NCBI GenBank assembly: GCA_964459835.1
Contig: CAYWPA010000002.1
Coordinates: 48,711-112,710, forward strand
Length of the DNA: 64,000 nt
From: an uncultured Methanosarcinales archaeon
GTDB lineage: Archaea > Nanobdellota > Nanobdellia > Woesearchaeales > UBA12501
Direction: 5' to 3'
Below, piece after piece: positions 37,137 to 49,911 of this stretch. The notes beneath the pieces are model-generated. The model had not been told where the DNA came from. It saw nothing but the letters and a program-made list of their open reading frames with translations, and ran no database searches. Position numbers and translations under genes: made by a program. How positions within the stretch are numbered: position 1 is the stretch's first letter; the number at the start of each line of letters is the position of its first letter.

Positions 37137-39052
37137 TTTCCTTTTTTAATAAACGCTCCCAGCAGCCTTAAAAGGCCATTTGCTTCCCCAACAATTAGGT
37201 CGTATTCTTTTTCTATATCTTTTTTCATTCCTATGAATATTGTAAACGTAAAGCCAGGAGACCTTATCTGCTCAAGGAAACCTTTAAGCCTGTTGCAGTT
37301 TTCTTGTATCCTGTATGCAAACTGTTCCTCCTGCTTGACAATTTCATCTTTTTTCTCACCCAATATCTCTTTGTCCTGCAATAGCCTTCTTAGAAGCCTT
37401 TGGACAAAATTCAGCTCTCTTAATATATTATCTGTGCTTGTTTCAATAATGTAAGGAAGGTCTTTTCTTCTCCTGTTATAAGCTTTCTCTCTCTTTATAT
37501 TATGGATGTTCTTTTTTGATTCATCTGCAAACTTCCTTATTCTTCTTAGTTCAACTAACTCTTTCCTTTCAAGCCTTAGCTCTCTCTTTATTTCTACTTT
37601 TTCTGCCTCTTCCACTTCTATGATTTTTTCTGCTACTTTTTCTTCGTACTCAAGAAGCTGCCTTATCCTTTCTTCATGATGCTGTATCATATTCCTTAAC
37701 TGCATCAGCCTATCCATATCAACTATCATGTTCTTCTCATTCTGCTCAAGCTCAACAAGCATCCTGTCTGCATTTATCAAAAGGCTTAGTGCCTCCTGCA
37801 TCCTGTCTTCCTTAAGTGCATTTTGCATTGCAATTATGGTTTCAAGGATCTGGACTACAGCCTTTTCCTCTATATCAGCCCTTCTCTGCTTTTCAAGGAT
37901 TTCTGCATTTGCCTCGTTTACTTCCTGCAGCTCTTTTTCCATATCTATTTTTTCAGCCTCAGCAACCTTCAGCTGGTCTTCCAGACCCCCTTTCTCAGTT
38001 TCATCTTCTGTTTTTGCAAGCATCTCTTTGATAGTTTCCATTTCTTGTGCTTTTCTCTTTGCAAACTTGTTCAGAGCTTCCACTTTTTTCCTGACATCAT
38101 CAATCAGCGGCTTTATCACCACTACATTCCAACCTCTGACCTCCTGCCTTATCCTTCTCAGCTCTTCATTGACTCCTGCGATTTTCTGATTAATCTCCTC
38201 CTTTGTCATTGTATGGTTCTGTAGCCCTTCTAGCATTGCCTTTACTTCGTTTATCATCCTTTCAACAGCACTTATGTTTGTCTTATTTTCATTTACAAAC
38301 TTGCCGAGCTTTTCATCAATAACCTTGCTGACATCTTTTCCCATAGTCTTTCTCATCTTTTCGGTTTCTTTCTCAAAATCTTTCTCCTGCCTTTCCCTTC
38401 TTGAAGGGCCTGTTCCGCCCAAATGCATTCCGCCTAAGTTAAGGCCTCTGCCGAATAAAGACATCAATGCTGCGCCGCCATGCCAAATCATAAATCCCAT
38501 TGGAATCCATATCAAAGAATTAAACCAGTCTCCAGCTCCATAACCTCTTCCCAATTCTTCATTAAGCCAGGAGATAAACCTGTATGCAATCCATGTTGAA
38601 AATGCAGCAAGAATAAATCCAATTGCATGCGCTAAAAAAGGATGGTCAGCGCCTATTCCATCTTTTAATCTTTTTGAAAGATAAATCATTGCAAAAATCA
38701 AGCCGCCTAATAAAATAAGAACAGCGACTATGCTGTAAGTCTGGAAAATAAGCTGAACCATCTTTGCAGGAATAAAAGTAACAGACATCAATGCGATGAT
38801 TCCTGCAACTACTGTTCCAATCCTGTTGTCATCTCCAAACACTTTTCTTCCAGCAGCAGTAAGGACTGAAAACAGCAAAAGCCAGATCAAGAATTTGGCT
38901 GCGAGTGTTTCTTTTGTTATAAAATCAAATACACCAAGAAGTGTCAGAAAAGCCTTCTTTAAAGGCTCACCAAACTCCTGTGCATGGGCAATAGGGAATA
39001 CAGAAAGGGTCATTAATATATTAAAAAATATCAAAAACCTCTGTTTTTTCAT
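37133..39052 (-). CDS. signal-peptide multi-TM protein with ~400-aa coiled-coil tail (paralog 2)
   Basis: SP ...PIAHA|Q. TM core TVVAGIIALMSVTFIPAKMVQLIFQTYSIVA. Long K/E coiled coil. Confidence 0.5.
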   Translation of the reverse strand: MKKQRFLIFFNILMTLSVFPIAHAQEFGEPLKKAFLTLLGVFDFITKETLAAKFLIWLLLFSVLTAAGRKVFGDDNRIGTVVAGIIALMSVTFIPAKMVQLIFQTYSIVAVLILLGGLIFAMIYLSKRLKDGIGADHPFLAHAIGFILAAFSTWIAYRFISWLNEELGRGYGAGDWFNSLIWIPMGFMIWHGGAALMSLFGRGLNLGGMHLGGTGPSRRERQEKDFEKETEKMRKTMGKDVSKVIDEKLGKFVNENKTNISAVERMINEVKAMLEGLQNHTMTKEEINQKIAGVNEELRRIRQEVRGWNVVVIKPLIDDVRKKVEALNKFAKRKAQEMETIKEMLAKTEDETEKGGLEDQLKVAEAEKIDMEKELQEVNEANAEILEKQRRADIEEKAVVQILETIIAMQNALKEDRMQEALSLLINADRMLVELEQNEKNMIVDMDRLMQLRNMIQHHEERIRQLLEYEEKVAEKIIEVEEAEKVEIKRELRLERKELVELRRIRKFADESKKNIHNIKREKAYNRRRKDLPYIIETSTDNILRELNFVQRLLRRLLQDKEILGEKKDEIVKQEEQFAYRIQENCNRLKGFLEQIRSPGFTFTIFIGMKKDIEKEYDLIVGEANGLLRLLGAFIKKGK

Positions 39053-39194
39053 CCATACACCTCGGTATGGCTAATTTTAGGGAATTTTCTTTATAAATAT
39101 TTCCAATGGTTAGTGATAAGGAAAACTTTAAATAACCATAATGCAAATAAAAGGAAAAGGTGATATTTTGAGCATATTAAAAGGAAAAAGAGGC

Positions 39195-39314
39195 ATGATG
39201 ACAAGCTGGGAGGATTTCTTTAAAGGCCTGCTTTTTGGCATCATTACAGGAGCTGTTTTATTATACCTTATAATAAAAGGAATCATTCCGCTGCCCTTTG
39301 GGATAGGTTTGTAA
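39195..39314 (+). CDS. tiny single-TM ORF (39 aa)
   Basis: MMTSWEDFFKGLLFGIITGAVLLYLIIKGIIPLPFGIGL. Unannotated, below the track cutoff. Confidence 0.2.
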   Translation: MMTSWEDFFKGLLFGIITGAVLLYLIIKGIIPLPFGIGL

Positions 39315-39315
39315 A

Positions 39316-39678
39316 ATGAAAGTAATGATAACAATATTCGGACTAATGACTGTGCTTGCAGGAGTTCTTCCGTTTGCAGGAAATTTTAACATTCTGCCAG
39401 CTTACATTCCAACAACAGGAATGTGGTACTATGGGATAATTATTGGAATCGGAGTTTTGGGATTTATCTATGGTGTTACAAATCCAGGAATGCTGTTATA
39501 CGGAACTGACAGGTTTATTCCAGTTTTCCTCGGTATTTTGACTCTTTTTGGAGGAGTTCTTCCATTTGTGCAGAATTTTGGATTTTTGAAAATGGTTCCA
39601 GCAACAGGACTTATTTATTCTGGAATAATTTCTTTGATAGGGATTATTGGAATTATTTACGGAGCAACACAGATTTAA
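39316..39678 (+). CDS. membrane protein with internal duplication (120 aa)
   Basis: Two ~55-aa halves, each containing GVLPF..NF. Confidence 0.45.
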   Translation: MKVMITIFGLMTVLAGVLPFAGNFNILPAYIPTTGMWYYGIIIGIGVLGFIYGVTNPGMLLYGTDRFIPVFLGILTLFGGVLPFVQNFGFLKMVPATGLIYSGIISLIGIIGIIYGATQI

Positions 39679-39932
39679 ATAATTTCTACTTTGCTTCCTA
39701 CTGCCTGTCCTGGCATTCCTTTCTCAAACAGAACTCTTACTGCTCCTGAATTTCCATGAGCAGCTCTTATCTCTCCTTTAATTTCTTTGCTTGCAGGGCT
39801 TTTCCATACTACTTTTTTTCCAACAAGGCCTTTTGCCTTATCTTTGTTGTCTACTCCCTTGACTACAACAACCATGTAAGTATCTCTTTGCGTATGCACT
39901 CCCTGCCTGTAATTTTTGATTACTGCTTCCAT
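39675..39932 (-). CDS. rpl35ae: 50S ribosomal protein L35Ae
   Basis: LVGKKVVWKSP...HGNSGAVRVLFEKGMPGQAVGSKV matches the L35Ae signature. Confidence 0.8.
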   Translation of the reverse strand: MEAVIKNYRQGVHTQRDTYMVVVVKGVDNKDKAKGLVGKKVVWKSPASKEIKGEIRAAHGNSGAVRVLFEKGMPGQAVGSKVEII

Positions 39933-40017
39933 AACAGTTTGGATTTTGAGATGGTTTATAAAGCTTATTGCCTTGGTTAAGTCTAACGACTGTTGCTAAA
40001 AGTCTAACGACGGCCAC

Positions 40018-40052
40018 TAATTATTTTCCATATAGAAAAAAATTAAAACGGC
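40018..40052. promoter_or_regulatory. conserved palindromic upstream motif, copy 2 (TTATTTTCCATATAGAAAAAAATTAAAA)
   Basis: Upstream of rpl35ae (minus strand). TATA-like TTTATAAA at 39946-39956. Two 12-bp direct repeats AAGTCTAACGAC lie at 39979-40011. Confidence 0.5.
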
Positions 40053-41242
40053 AAGAAATATAGTATTACAGGCAGCATAAGGCAGCCCATTGCGTGGGTT
40101 CTTGAAGTCTTGGCTATAGCCGGAATAATGCCAATGGCAGTGCTGACTATCAATACAAAAATACCAATAAATCCGGATAAAAACAAAGCCATGATAAAAA
40201 TAAACAAAATAATGAAAAGAACCAGTTTTTTATAGTTTATTTTTGATATTGTCTTTGCGAAAAAATTTCCAAGGCTTAATGCAGCAATAACGCTTAGCCC
40301 TGCAACAATCAATGTAACTGCCAAAAAAATCAAAACATACTCAAAAGATGCATCAATCAATTTTGTTATTGCAACAACGCTTCCGTTTCTTGCCTTGCCT
40401 ATAGTCAGCCAGGAAATTAAGCTTAGGACAAAATTGACAGTATTGATAGAGCCGATCAAAATCATAAATCCATGGTCTCCTAATTTTCTTGTAATCTGCA
40501 TTGAGATTACTGCTGCCTGCGCGGCTCCTAATCCAGGAAGAAACGAAGTCAAGAATCCTGAAAACTCACCTGAAAACAGGGCAGCAAAAGTTTTCTTCCA
40601 GTTTAGCTTTATTTTCTGGATTTTATTTTGCACTGGTATGGAATTGCTTTCATTTAAGCTGATCAGTAATGTGCTTACCCCAAATAATCCAGACAGCATC
40701 GGGAAGAGCGGCTCTTTTATTTGTAAGTTTAAGACGATTAACCCAAAAACGCCAGAAAGCAGAAAAATAAGCAGCGCCCATAGCTTTTTTCTGTCCCTCA
40801 GAATCATAAAAACAATTACTGCCAATAATAAATAGCCGATGTAGTTTGATATTATTGGGTAAGCATATTTGACAATAGGCATAAAAAGAAAAAACAGCAG
40901 CAAGCTCAAAATCACAGCTCCAAAGCTTCCTATCAAAGTAAGCTTTACAGCCATCATGCCATTTCCTCTCATCAGATACCTATGCCCCGGCAGCACACCA
41001 AGTGCCATGTCTGCTTCAGGGGCTCCAAGGAATATCGAAGGCAAAGAATCAATAAAGGTATTTGCAACTGAAACTGTTATTATGAACACAGCCAATGCCA
41101 ATGGAGATATGAACTTCAGCAGAAAAGGGGAAATGCTGACAAGAAAGGCAGCAACAAGATTTGTATGTATACCTGGAGTAACCCCGCAGATTATTCCAAA
41201 TACCATGCCAAGCAAAATAGCTATTAATATCTCGAAAAACAT
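40043..41242 (-). CDS. TctA-like (DUF112) multi-pass membrane transporter
   Basis: ~11 TM helices with GVTPGIH near the N-terminus, resembling the tripartite tricarboxylate transporter large subunit family. Confidence 0.5.
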   Translation of the reverse strand: MFFEILIAILLGMVFGIICGVTPGIHTNLVAAFLVSISPFLLKFISPLALAVFIITVSVANTFIDSLPSIFLGAPEADMALGVLPGHRYLMRGNGMMAVKLTLIGSFGAVILSLLLFFLFMPIVKYAYPIISNYIGYLLLAVIVFMILRDRKKLWALLIFLLSGVFGLIVLNLQIKEPLFPMLSGLFGVSTLLISLNESNSIPVQNKIQKIKLNWKKTFAALFSGEFSGFLTSFLPGLGAAQAAVISMQITRKLGDHGFMILIGSINTVNFVLSLISWLTIGKARNGSVVAITKLIDASFEYVLIFLAVTLIVAGLSVIAALSLGNFFAKTISKINYKKLVLFIILFIFIMALFLSGFIGIFVLIVSTAIGIIPAIAKTSRTHAMGCLMLPVILYFLPF

Positions 41243-41340
41243 ATAGCTGTTATTTTTTGGTATTTAATAAAAACAAAGGAAAAAAATCCGGAAAATCTGC
41301 ATTTCTATTGAAAAGTTTTCATACTCTGTCTTAAAAGCCT

Positions 41341-41685
41341 CTAGCCTAAATATCTGATTTCATCAGCAATGACCTCATAGTCATTATTATACTTTTCAAC
41401 TTTGCCTACAACTTCAACTTTGTCACCTTTTTCCAGATTTAAAAAATCATCAAAAATCATCACATTGATTTTTTCTTTTGTATCTATTTTGATTAATTTG
41501 GAATTCTCAAAATTAACAATATCAATTACATTGCCTTTAACCAAAACCTTATCTCCAAGGCTTTCATCATTCAGCAAGGAAACACTTGCTTCTTCAACAT
41601 CGGAAAACTCCAGAATATAATAAAGCATCAGCACTCCTAGGATGCTTGCAATCAAAGCAGCCTTAAGCAGGGTCTTGTCTTCCAT
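41341..41685 (-). CDS. TM-anchored OB-fold (tRNA_anti-like) protein
   Basis: N-terminal TM helix, then a KVLVKGNVIDIV...KGDKVEVVGKV OB-like fold. Confidence 0.45.
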   Translation of the reverse strand: MEDKTLLKAALIASILGVLMLYYILEFSDVEEASVSLLNDESLGDKVLVKGNVIDIVNFENSKLIKIDTKEKINVMIFDDFLNLEKGDKVEVVGKVEKYNNDYEVIADEIRYLG

Positions 41686-41811
41686 AATACTTATTCATCT
41701 GCTGTTTTTATAATTTCTTTCAATGTTTTATTGAAATTCTTTCATCTTTTTTGGAACTTTTGCGGAATTTTATCAATAAGCAATAATAAAAGCCATTGCT
41801 TAAGACATGAT

Positions 41812-42150
41812 ATGAAAGCTTTAGCAAGGATACACGAAACCTTTATATATCAATTGATATATAAAAGGGATATGGCAGCCCAAGTGCTGAAAAATCCTTT
41901 TGAAAGGTCCCCAACACTTGATACTGTATTGATGGTAGAGAAAGCTATTGAAAACCACAGCGGGGAATTCAACAGGACAGAAGTATGGAAGAAACTGCCT
42001 AGAAAAGTAATGTGGCAGACTTATCTTGTTATTCTGGATTATCTTGAAAGCATTAACAAGATTGCTTTCGATAGAAAAGGCAAGGTTGCATATATCTGGA
42101 ATCCTAAACTAGCAAATAAATTAAGAATGAGAAAGGAGATCCAGGTATGA
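41812..42150 (+). CDS. putative antitoxin partner (start uncertain)
   Basis: Overlaps the downstream YoeB-like toxin by ATGA. No recognisable antitoxin family motif. Confidence 0.3.
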   Translation: MKALARIHETFIYQLIYKRDMAAQVLKNPFERSPTLDTVLMVEKAIENHSGEFNRTEVWKKLPRKVMWQTYLVILDYLESINKIAFDRKGKVAYIWNPKLANKLRMRKEIQV

Positions 42151-42473
42151 TAAAGCCGTCAAAAGTTGTTTTTATAGATGAAAATCTGGAAAAATGCTTT
42201 GCTTCTTTAAATGAAAATGATTTTATTAAGAAAGCAATTATCAGGGCAATACATGATCTGCGGCAAAATGCTTTTTCCGGCATCCAGGTTCCCAAAAAAT
42301 TAATACCAAAAGAATATGTTCAGAAATATGGTATAAATAATCTTTGGAAGTATGATTTGCCAAAAGGCTGGAGATTATTATATACAGTAACTGCTGATAA
42401 TGAAGTTGAGCTAATCTCTGCAATCCTAGAGTGGTTTAACCATAAAGAATACGAAAGAAAATTCAAATACTGA
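42147..42473 (+). CDS. YoeB/RelE-superfamily toxin
   Basis: [12 protein letters not shown]...[15 protein letters not shown]...[33 protein letters not shown] parallels YoeB (LIWSEES...INELIKDTRRTPFEG...WSRRI..HRLVYAV). Confidence 0.65.
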   Translation: MIKPSKVVFIDENLEKCFASLNENDFIKKAIIRAIHDLRQNAFSGIQVPKKLIPKEYVQKYGINNLWKYDLPKGWRLLYTVTADNEVELISAILEWFNHKEYERKFKY

Positions 42474-42531
42474 TCCAAAAACAAAGGTAAAAACCAACAA
42501 GCTTATAAATCCTTATTGTCTCCCACTAATA

Positions 42532-44418
42532 ATGATTAAAAAGTTCAAATCTACTAAAGATGTTGATGTTTCTGATAGGATGATTGACCAGGTTGTAGGC
42601 CAGGAAGAAGCTGTCAATATAGTAAAAAAAGCCTCTGCCCAGAGAAGGCACGTTCTGCTTATAGGAGAGCCTGGAACAGGTAAGAGCATGCTTGGAATGG
42701 CGCTTGCAGAGCTGTTGTCAAAGGAAAAATTAGTTGATATTCTTGCATTCTTCAACCCAAACGATGAAAACCAGCCATTGATAAGAGTGGTGCCTGCGAG
42801 CCAGGGAAGGAACATGGTTTCAGGAGCAAGGATGCAGAGCATGGATATGTTCAAGAACCAAAATATAATTATGTTTATTCTTGTGATACTTGCAATGATT
42901 GCCCCATGGTGGGCTTTGAAATATTACTCAAGACCAGACCAATTAGGCGTAACAGGTGGAGCAATTATCTTTGCAGCCTTCTTTTTGGGAGCAATGGTCT
43001 TCCTTGCTTCATTCATAATATTCATCAATGTGGGGAAGAAAACAGGGCAGAAAGTCCAAGTACCTAAATTAGTTGTTGATAATTACAAAAGAAAGCAGGC
43101 ACCTTTTTTTGATGCTACAGGGGCGCATGCAGGAGCTTTGTTAGGAGACGTGCTTCACGATCCGTTTCAGTCAGGAGGCTTAGGGACCCCATCGCATGAA
43201 AGGGTTGTCGCAGGAATGATACACAAGGCAAACATGGGTGTTTTATTTATAGACGAGCTTGCAACATTGCAGCCGCATACACAGCAGGAATTGCTTACAG
43301 CTTTGCAGGAAGGAAAATATGCAATCACAGGGCAGAGCGAAAGAAGCGCAGGAGCTATGGTAAGGACAGAGCCTGTGCCATGCAATTTTATTTTAGTTGC
43401 TGCAGGAAATATGGAAACAATAACCAATATGCACCCTGCATTGAGGAGCAGGGTAAGGGGATATGGCTATGAAGTTTATATGCAGGACACCATGCCTGAC
43501 ACAGAGGAAAACAGATATAAGATTGCGCAATTCGTTGCGCAGGAAGTTAAGAAGGACAAGAAAATCCCTCACTTCTCAAAAGACGCAGTTGACGCTATAA
43601 TTGAGGAGGCAAAAAGAAGGGCAAACAGAAAGTACCATCTGACTTTAAGGCTAAGGGAGTTGGGAGGGATTGTAAGGGCAGCAGGAGATTTGGCAACAGA
43701 GGAAAAATCAGATTTTGTGCAGAGGAAGCATGTTCTGGATGCGAAAAAAATTGCAAGGACTTTGGAAACGCAGATTGCTGACAAGATAATAACAAGGAAA
43801 AAAGAATATGAAGTTATTGTAACAACAGGAAAGAAGATTGGAAGGGTAAACGGCTTGGCAGTCATGGGAGGAGAGACAGGAATTTACTCCGGAATAATTT
43901 TGCCGATTGAAAGCCAGGTCACTCCTGGAGGAAAAGAGGCGCAGATAATTGCAACAGGAAAATTAGGAGAGATTGCAAAGGAAGCAGTAATTAATGTTTC
44001 TGCAATCATAAAAAGATTTTTTGGAGAAGACATCAAAGAGAAGCATGATATTTATGTGCAGTTTTTGCAGACATATGAAGGCATTGAAGGAGATTCAGCT
44101 TCAATAGCAGTTGCGACTTCTATCATTTCTGCATTAAAGCAGGTTCCTGTAAGGCAGGATGTTGCAATGACAGGCAGTTTATCAGTTCGCGGAGAAGTAC
44201 TTCCGATAGGCGGGGTTTCTGCCAAAGTAGAGGCAGCTGCAGAAGCAGGAATAAAGACAATTATTGTTCCAAAGTCAAACATCAATGACATTGTTGTTGA
44301 CAAAAAGAAGCTTAAAGGAGTAAAGATTGTTCCTGTTGACAATATTTCAGAAGTCCTTGAAGAAGCATTGGACTGGAAAGGAAAAGAAGATATTCTGAAG
44401 AAGATAAAGAAAGGATGA
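42532..44418 (+). CDS. lon: archaeal membrane-bound Lon protease (LonB)
   Basis: Walker A GEPGTGKS, two-helix TM insertion in the AAA+ module, and a catalytic Ser in [13 protein letters not shown] (Lon S-K dyad domain). Confidence 0.9.
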   Translation: MIKKFKSTKDVDVSDRMIDQVVGQEEAVNIVKKASAQRRHVLLIGEPGTGKSMLGMALAELLSKEKLVDILAFFNPNDENQPLIRVVPASQGRNMVSGARMQSMDMFKNQNIIMFILVILAMIAPWWALKYYSRPDQLGVTGGAIIFAAFFLGAMVFLASFIIFINVGKKTGQKVQVPKLVVDNYKRKQAPFFDATGAHAGALLGDVLHDPFQSGGLGTPSHERVVAGMIHKANMGVLFIDELATLQPHTQQELLTALQEGKYAITGQSERSAGAMVRTEPVPCNFILVAAGNMETITNMHPALRSRVRGYGYEVYMQDTMPDTEENRYKIAQFVAQEVKKDKKIPHFSKDAVDAIIEEAKRRANRKYHLTLRLRELGGIVRAAGDLATEEKSDFVQRKHVLDAKKIARTLETQIADKIITRKKEYEVIVTTGKKIGRVNGLAVMGGETGIYSGIILPIESQVTPGGKEAQIIATGKLGEIAKEAVINVSAIIKRFFGEDIKEKHDIYVQFLQTYEGIEGDSASIAVATSIISALKQVPVRQDVAMTGSLSVRGEVLPIGGVSAKVEAAAEAGIKTIIVPKSNINDIVVDKKKLKGVKIVPVDNISEVLEEALDWKGKEDILKKIKKG

Positions 44419-44462
44419 TCTCTATTTCTCATAATTGATTGGCTGTTTGTTATTTTTTATAT

Positions 44463-44498
44463 TTATCTTCCATATAGAAAATAATTAAATAAAAAATC
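44463..44498. promoter_or_regulatory. conserved palindromic upstream motif, copy 3 (TTTATCTTCCATATAGAAAATAATTAAATAAAA)
   Basis: Lies between the lon stop and the gyrB start. TATA-like TTTATATA ~60 bp upstream of the gyrB ATG. Confidence 0.5.
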
Positions 44499-44566
44499 TA
44501 TAAAACCTTTAAATTATGGTATTATGGCCTCTATAAAGCCATTCCAGCAGCAAAAGATTTATATAG

Positions 44567-47803
<3,237 letters not shown>

Positions 47804-47825
47804 TCATCATGTATAAAATTACTCT

Positions 47826-49418
47826 TTATATCTGCTTAAAAAGCTCTTTTGCCCTTTCTTCTGCTTCAAGAATAAATGCAGCAAGCTTAGGGCCATTATC
47901 TTTGTTTATCAGAACGTTATATGCAGCCTTGAAGAACTCGTCTGTTTTTAGCCCAAACCTTTCCATGATTATATAAAATTCCTCATGCAAATCCTTGTCA
48001 TTCCAGCTTTTCTTTCCAAGAACAGCAGCAATTGCCTTCAATGCATCTTTCTGCTCTTTTGTCAGTGATTTTTTGACTTTTTCTGAAACATTTGTCTGCA
48101 GTGTCCATGTAAAATCTTCAGGCGCATGCTTTTGTATCCAGTTCTTTGCGCACTCCGCCCTTTTTCTCAGCCTTTCTTTGTCAAAATCATCTTTTAGCTG
48201 TTTTTCATAAAATCCAATTGCCTTGTCTACATCCAGATTGTTAAACTGCAGCACTGTTGTAAGGTGCCTGAATGAAGGCTGATAAGGGATTTTTTTAGGA
48301 ACTTTGTCTACACAAGAAAGCTCGTAGATCCTTTTCTGCTGCGCAAGCTTTTTCTCATTTTCAACCTTTTCTTCTCCAAAATATATCCTCTCGCACTTGT
48401 CAAAATCCTCGTATATTTTTATCGCATCAAGATCAAATGAAATCGCAAACTCAGCAGTAGGCCTTGAACCAGCAAAAAGCCACCTAACTATTTCAGGCTC
48501 ATAAACCTCAAGGACGTCTTTTAATGTTACAACTTCTCCTGCAGAAGACGATATTTTTCCACCTCTTCCTTTTATAAATATAAATTCATACCCTTGATAA
48601 ATCGGAGGGTCTCTTTTCCATACTGCCTTGATAATAACCTTTCCTGTATCAAAACTTCCTCCTACTGTAGAATGGTCTTTTCCAGCAGGCTCAAAGTCCA
48701 CTTTCTCATAATTCCATCTCATAGGCCAGTCAACCCTCCAAAGTAGCTTGGAAATCCCCTTTTTCCTCAAATCAAAAGTATCTTTATGCTTACATTTGCA
48801 TTCATAGCTTACCAAATACTCTTCGTCATAAGCAGTAACCCATGTTGTGTCATTATCGCATTTTTCGCAGAATATTGTTATTGGGTACCAGTTCTCCTTT
48901 AAAGGCTCTTCCCTGTACTTATCAAGCACTGCTTTTATTTCATTTCTCCTTTGCATTGCTGTTTTCATTTCTTTTGCATAAATGCATTTTCTGTATTGTT
49001 TGCTTTGATAAATGAACTCAACATTAATGCCGACTATAGGAAGGATTTCTTCAATCATAGCTTCATGATGCCTGGCGTAGCTTTCATGTTTGCAGCCAAA
49101 CGGATCAGGAACATTTACAATCGGTTTTCTAAGATACTTTTCAAGATCCTTTGACATGTCTTTAGGTACCTTCCTAAAAGCATCATAATCATCCCATGAA
49201 AAAATAAATCTTACTTTCTTTCCAAGCTTTTCCAAAGCCCTTTTGACTAGTTCAACGGTAATCAATTCCCTGAAATTCCCAATATGGACAACACCTGAAG
49301 GAGTAATGCCAGAGGCAACTGTGTAGAGCTTTTTGCCTTTCTCCTGCTTTTCCCAGAACTCCACTACTTTTTTTGCAGTCTGGTCCGCCCAATGCAATGA
49401 TTCCTGTTCTTCTGCCAT
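47826..49418 (-). CDS. lysK: class I lysyl-tRNA synthetase
   Basis: HIGN (HIGH-type) motif and GGKISSSAG (KMSKS-type) motif with LysRS-I architecture. Confidence 0.8.
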   Translation of the reverse strand: MAEEQESLHWADQTAKKVVEFWEKQEKGKKLYTVASGITPSGVVHIGNFRELITVELVKRALEKLGKKVRFIFSWDDYDAFRKVPKDMSKDLEKYLRKPIVNVPDPFGCKHESYARHHEAMIEEILPIVGINVEFIYQSKQYRKCIYAKEMKTAMQRRNEIKAVLDKYREEPLKENWYPITIFCEKCDNDTTWVTAYDEEYLVSYECKCKHKDTFDLRKKGISKLLWRVDWPMRWNYEKVDFEPAGKDHSTVGGSFDTGKVIIKAVWKRDPPIYQGYEFIFIKGRGGKISSSAGEVVTLKDVLEVYEPEIVRWLFAGSRPTAEFAISFDLDAIKIYEDFDKCERIYFGEEKVENEKKLAQQKRIYELSCVDKVPKKIPYQPSFRHLTTVLQFNNLDVDKAIGFYEKQLKDDFDKERLRKRAECAKNWIQKHAPEDFTWTLQTNVSEKVKKSLTKEQKDALKAIAAVLGKKSWNDKDLHEEFYIIMERFGLKTDEFFKAAYNVLINKDNGPKLAAFILEAEERAKELFKQI

Positions 49419-49449
49419 TTTAGTGTATTTTTATTTTAAATATTTTATT

Positions 49450-49839
49450 TTAATATATCTTCAAATCTCCTGTTACTTTGTCTATCTCAGTTTCCTTTGC
49501 AGGGCCAATAGCAAAGCATGTTTTAGTGCCTGGAGCAACAACTGTTTTGCCTGCATCCTCTATGACAGCAGTTACAAGGCCGCTGTCTTTTGCAGATTGA
49601 AGGTACCTGAACATCTCTTTCTCATCCGCCACGCGCAGCACAATCTTCTTCATCCCTTCCTTTCTCCATTTCTGCACAACATCTTTGTCTGATTTCAAAA
49701 CAGCATCGACTGATGCATGCGCTACTTGAGCTGCAAGCTTTCCCTTTGGCAAGTCAAGGTCTTTTCTTACTACGATAACCTGCTTATATTCTGTGTCAGC
49801 ATCCCTTATAGCGCTTATGGCCTTTTTTATTATCCCCAT
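49450..49839 (-). CDS. pth2: peptidyl-tRNA hydrolase, archaeal PTH2
   Basis: KQVIVVRKDL.LPKGKLAAQVAHAS, the PTH2 family signature. Confidence 0.8.
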   Translation of the reverse strand: MGIIKKAISAIRDADTEYKQVIVVRKDLDLPKGKLAAQVAHASVDAVLKSDKDVVQKWRKEGMKKIVLRVADEKEMFRYLQSAKDSGLVTAVIEDAGKTVVAPGTKTCFAIGPAKETEIDKVTGDLKIY

Positions 49840-49911
49840 TCCTGCATCTAACCAACAGCCTTTTTTAAATTTAATGAAAACTTTTATAAATAAACAGGCT
49901 TATCCCAAAGT

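Noticed and set aside
37728-38224. Multiple Ser/Phe/Leu-rich plus-strand ORFs inside 37133..39052, and similar antisense ORFs inside guaA, gyrB, lon, ATPase and ftsZ
   Set aside because: Antisense shadows of K/E-rich or conserved coding sequences; the sense genes carry the identifiable motifs.
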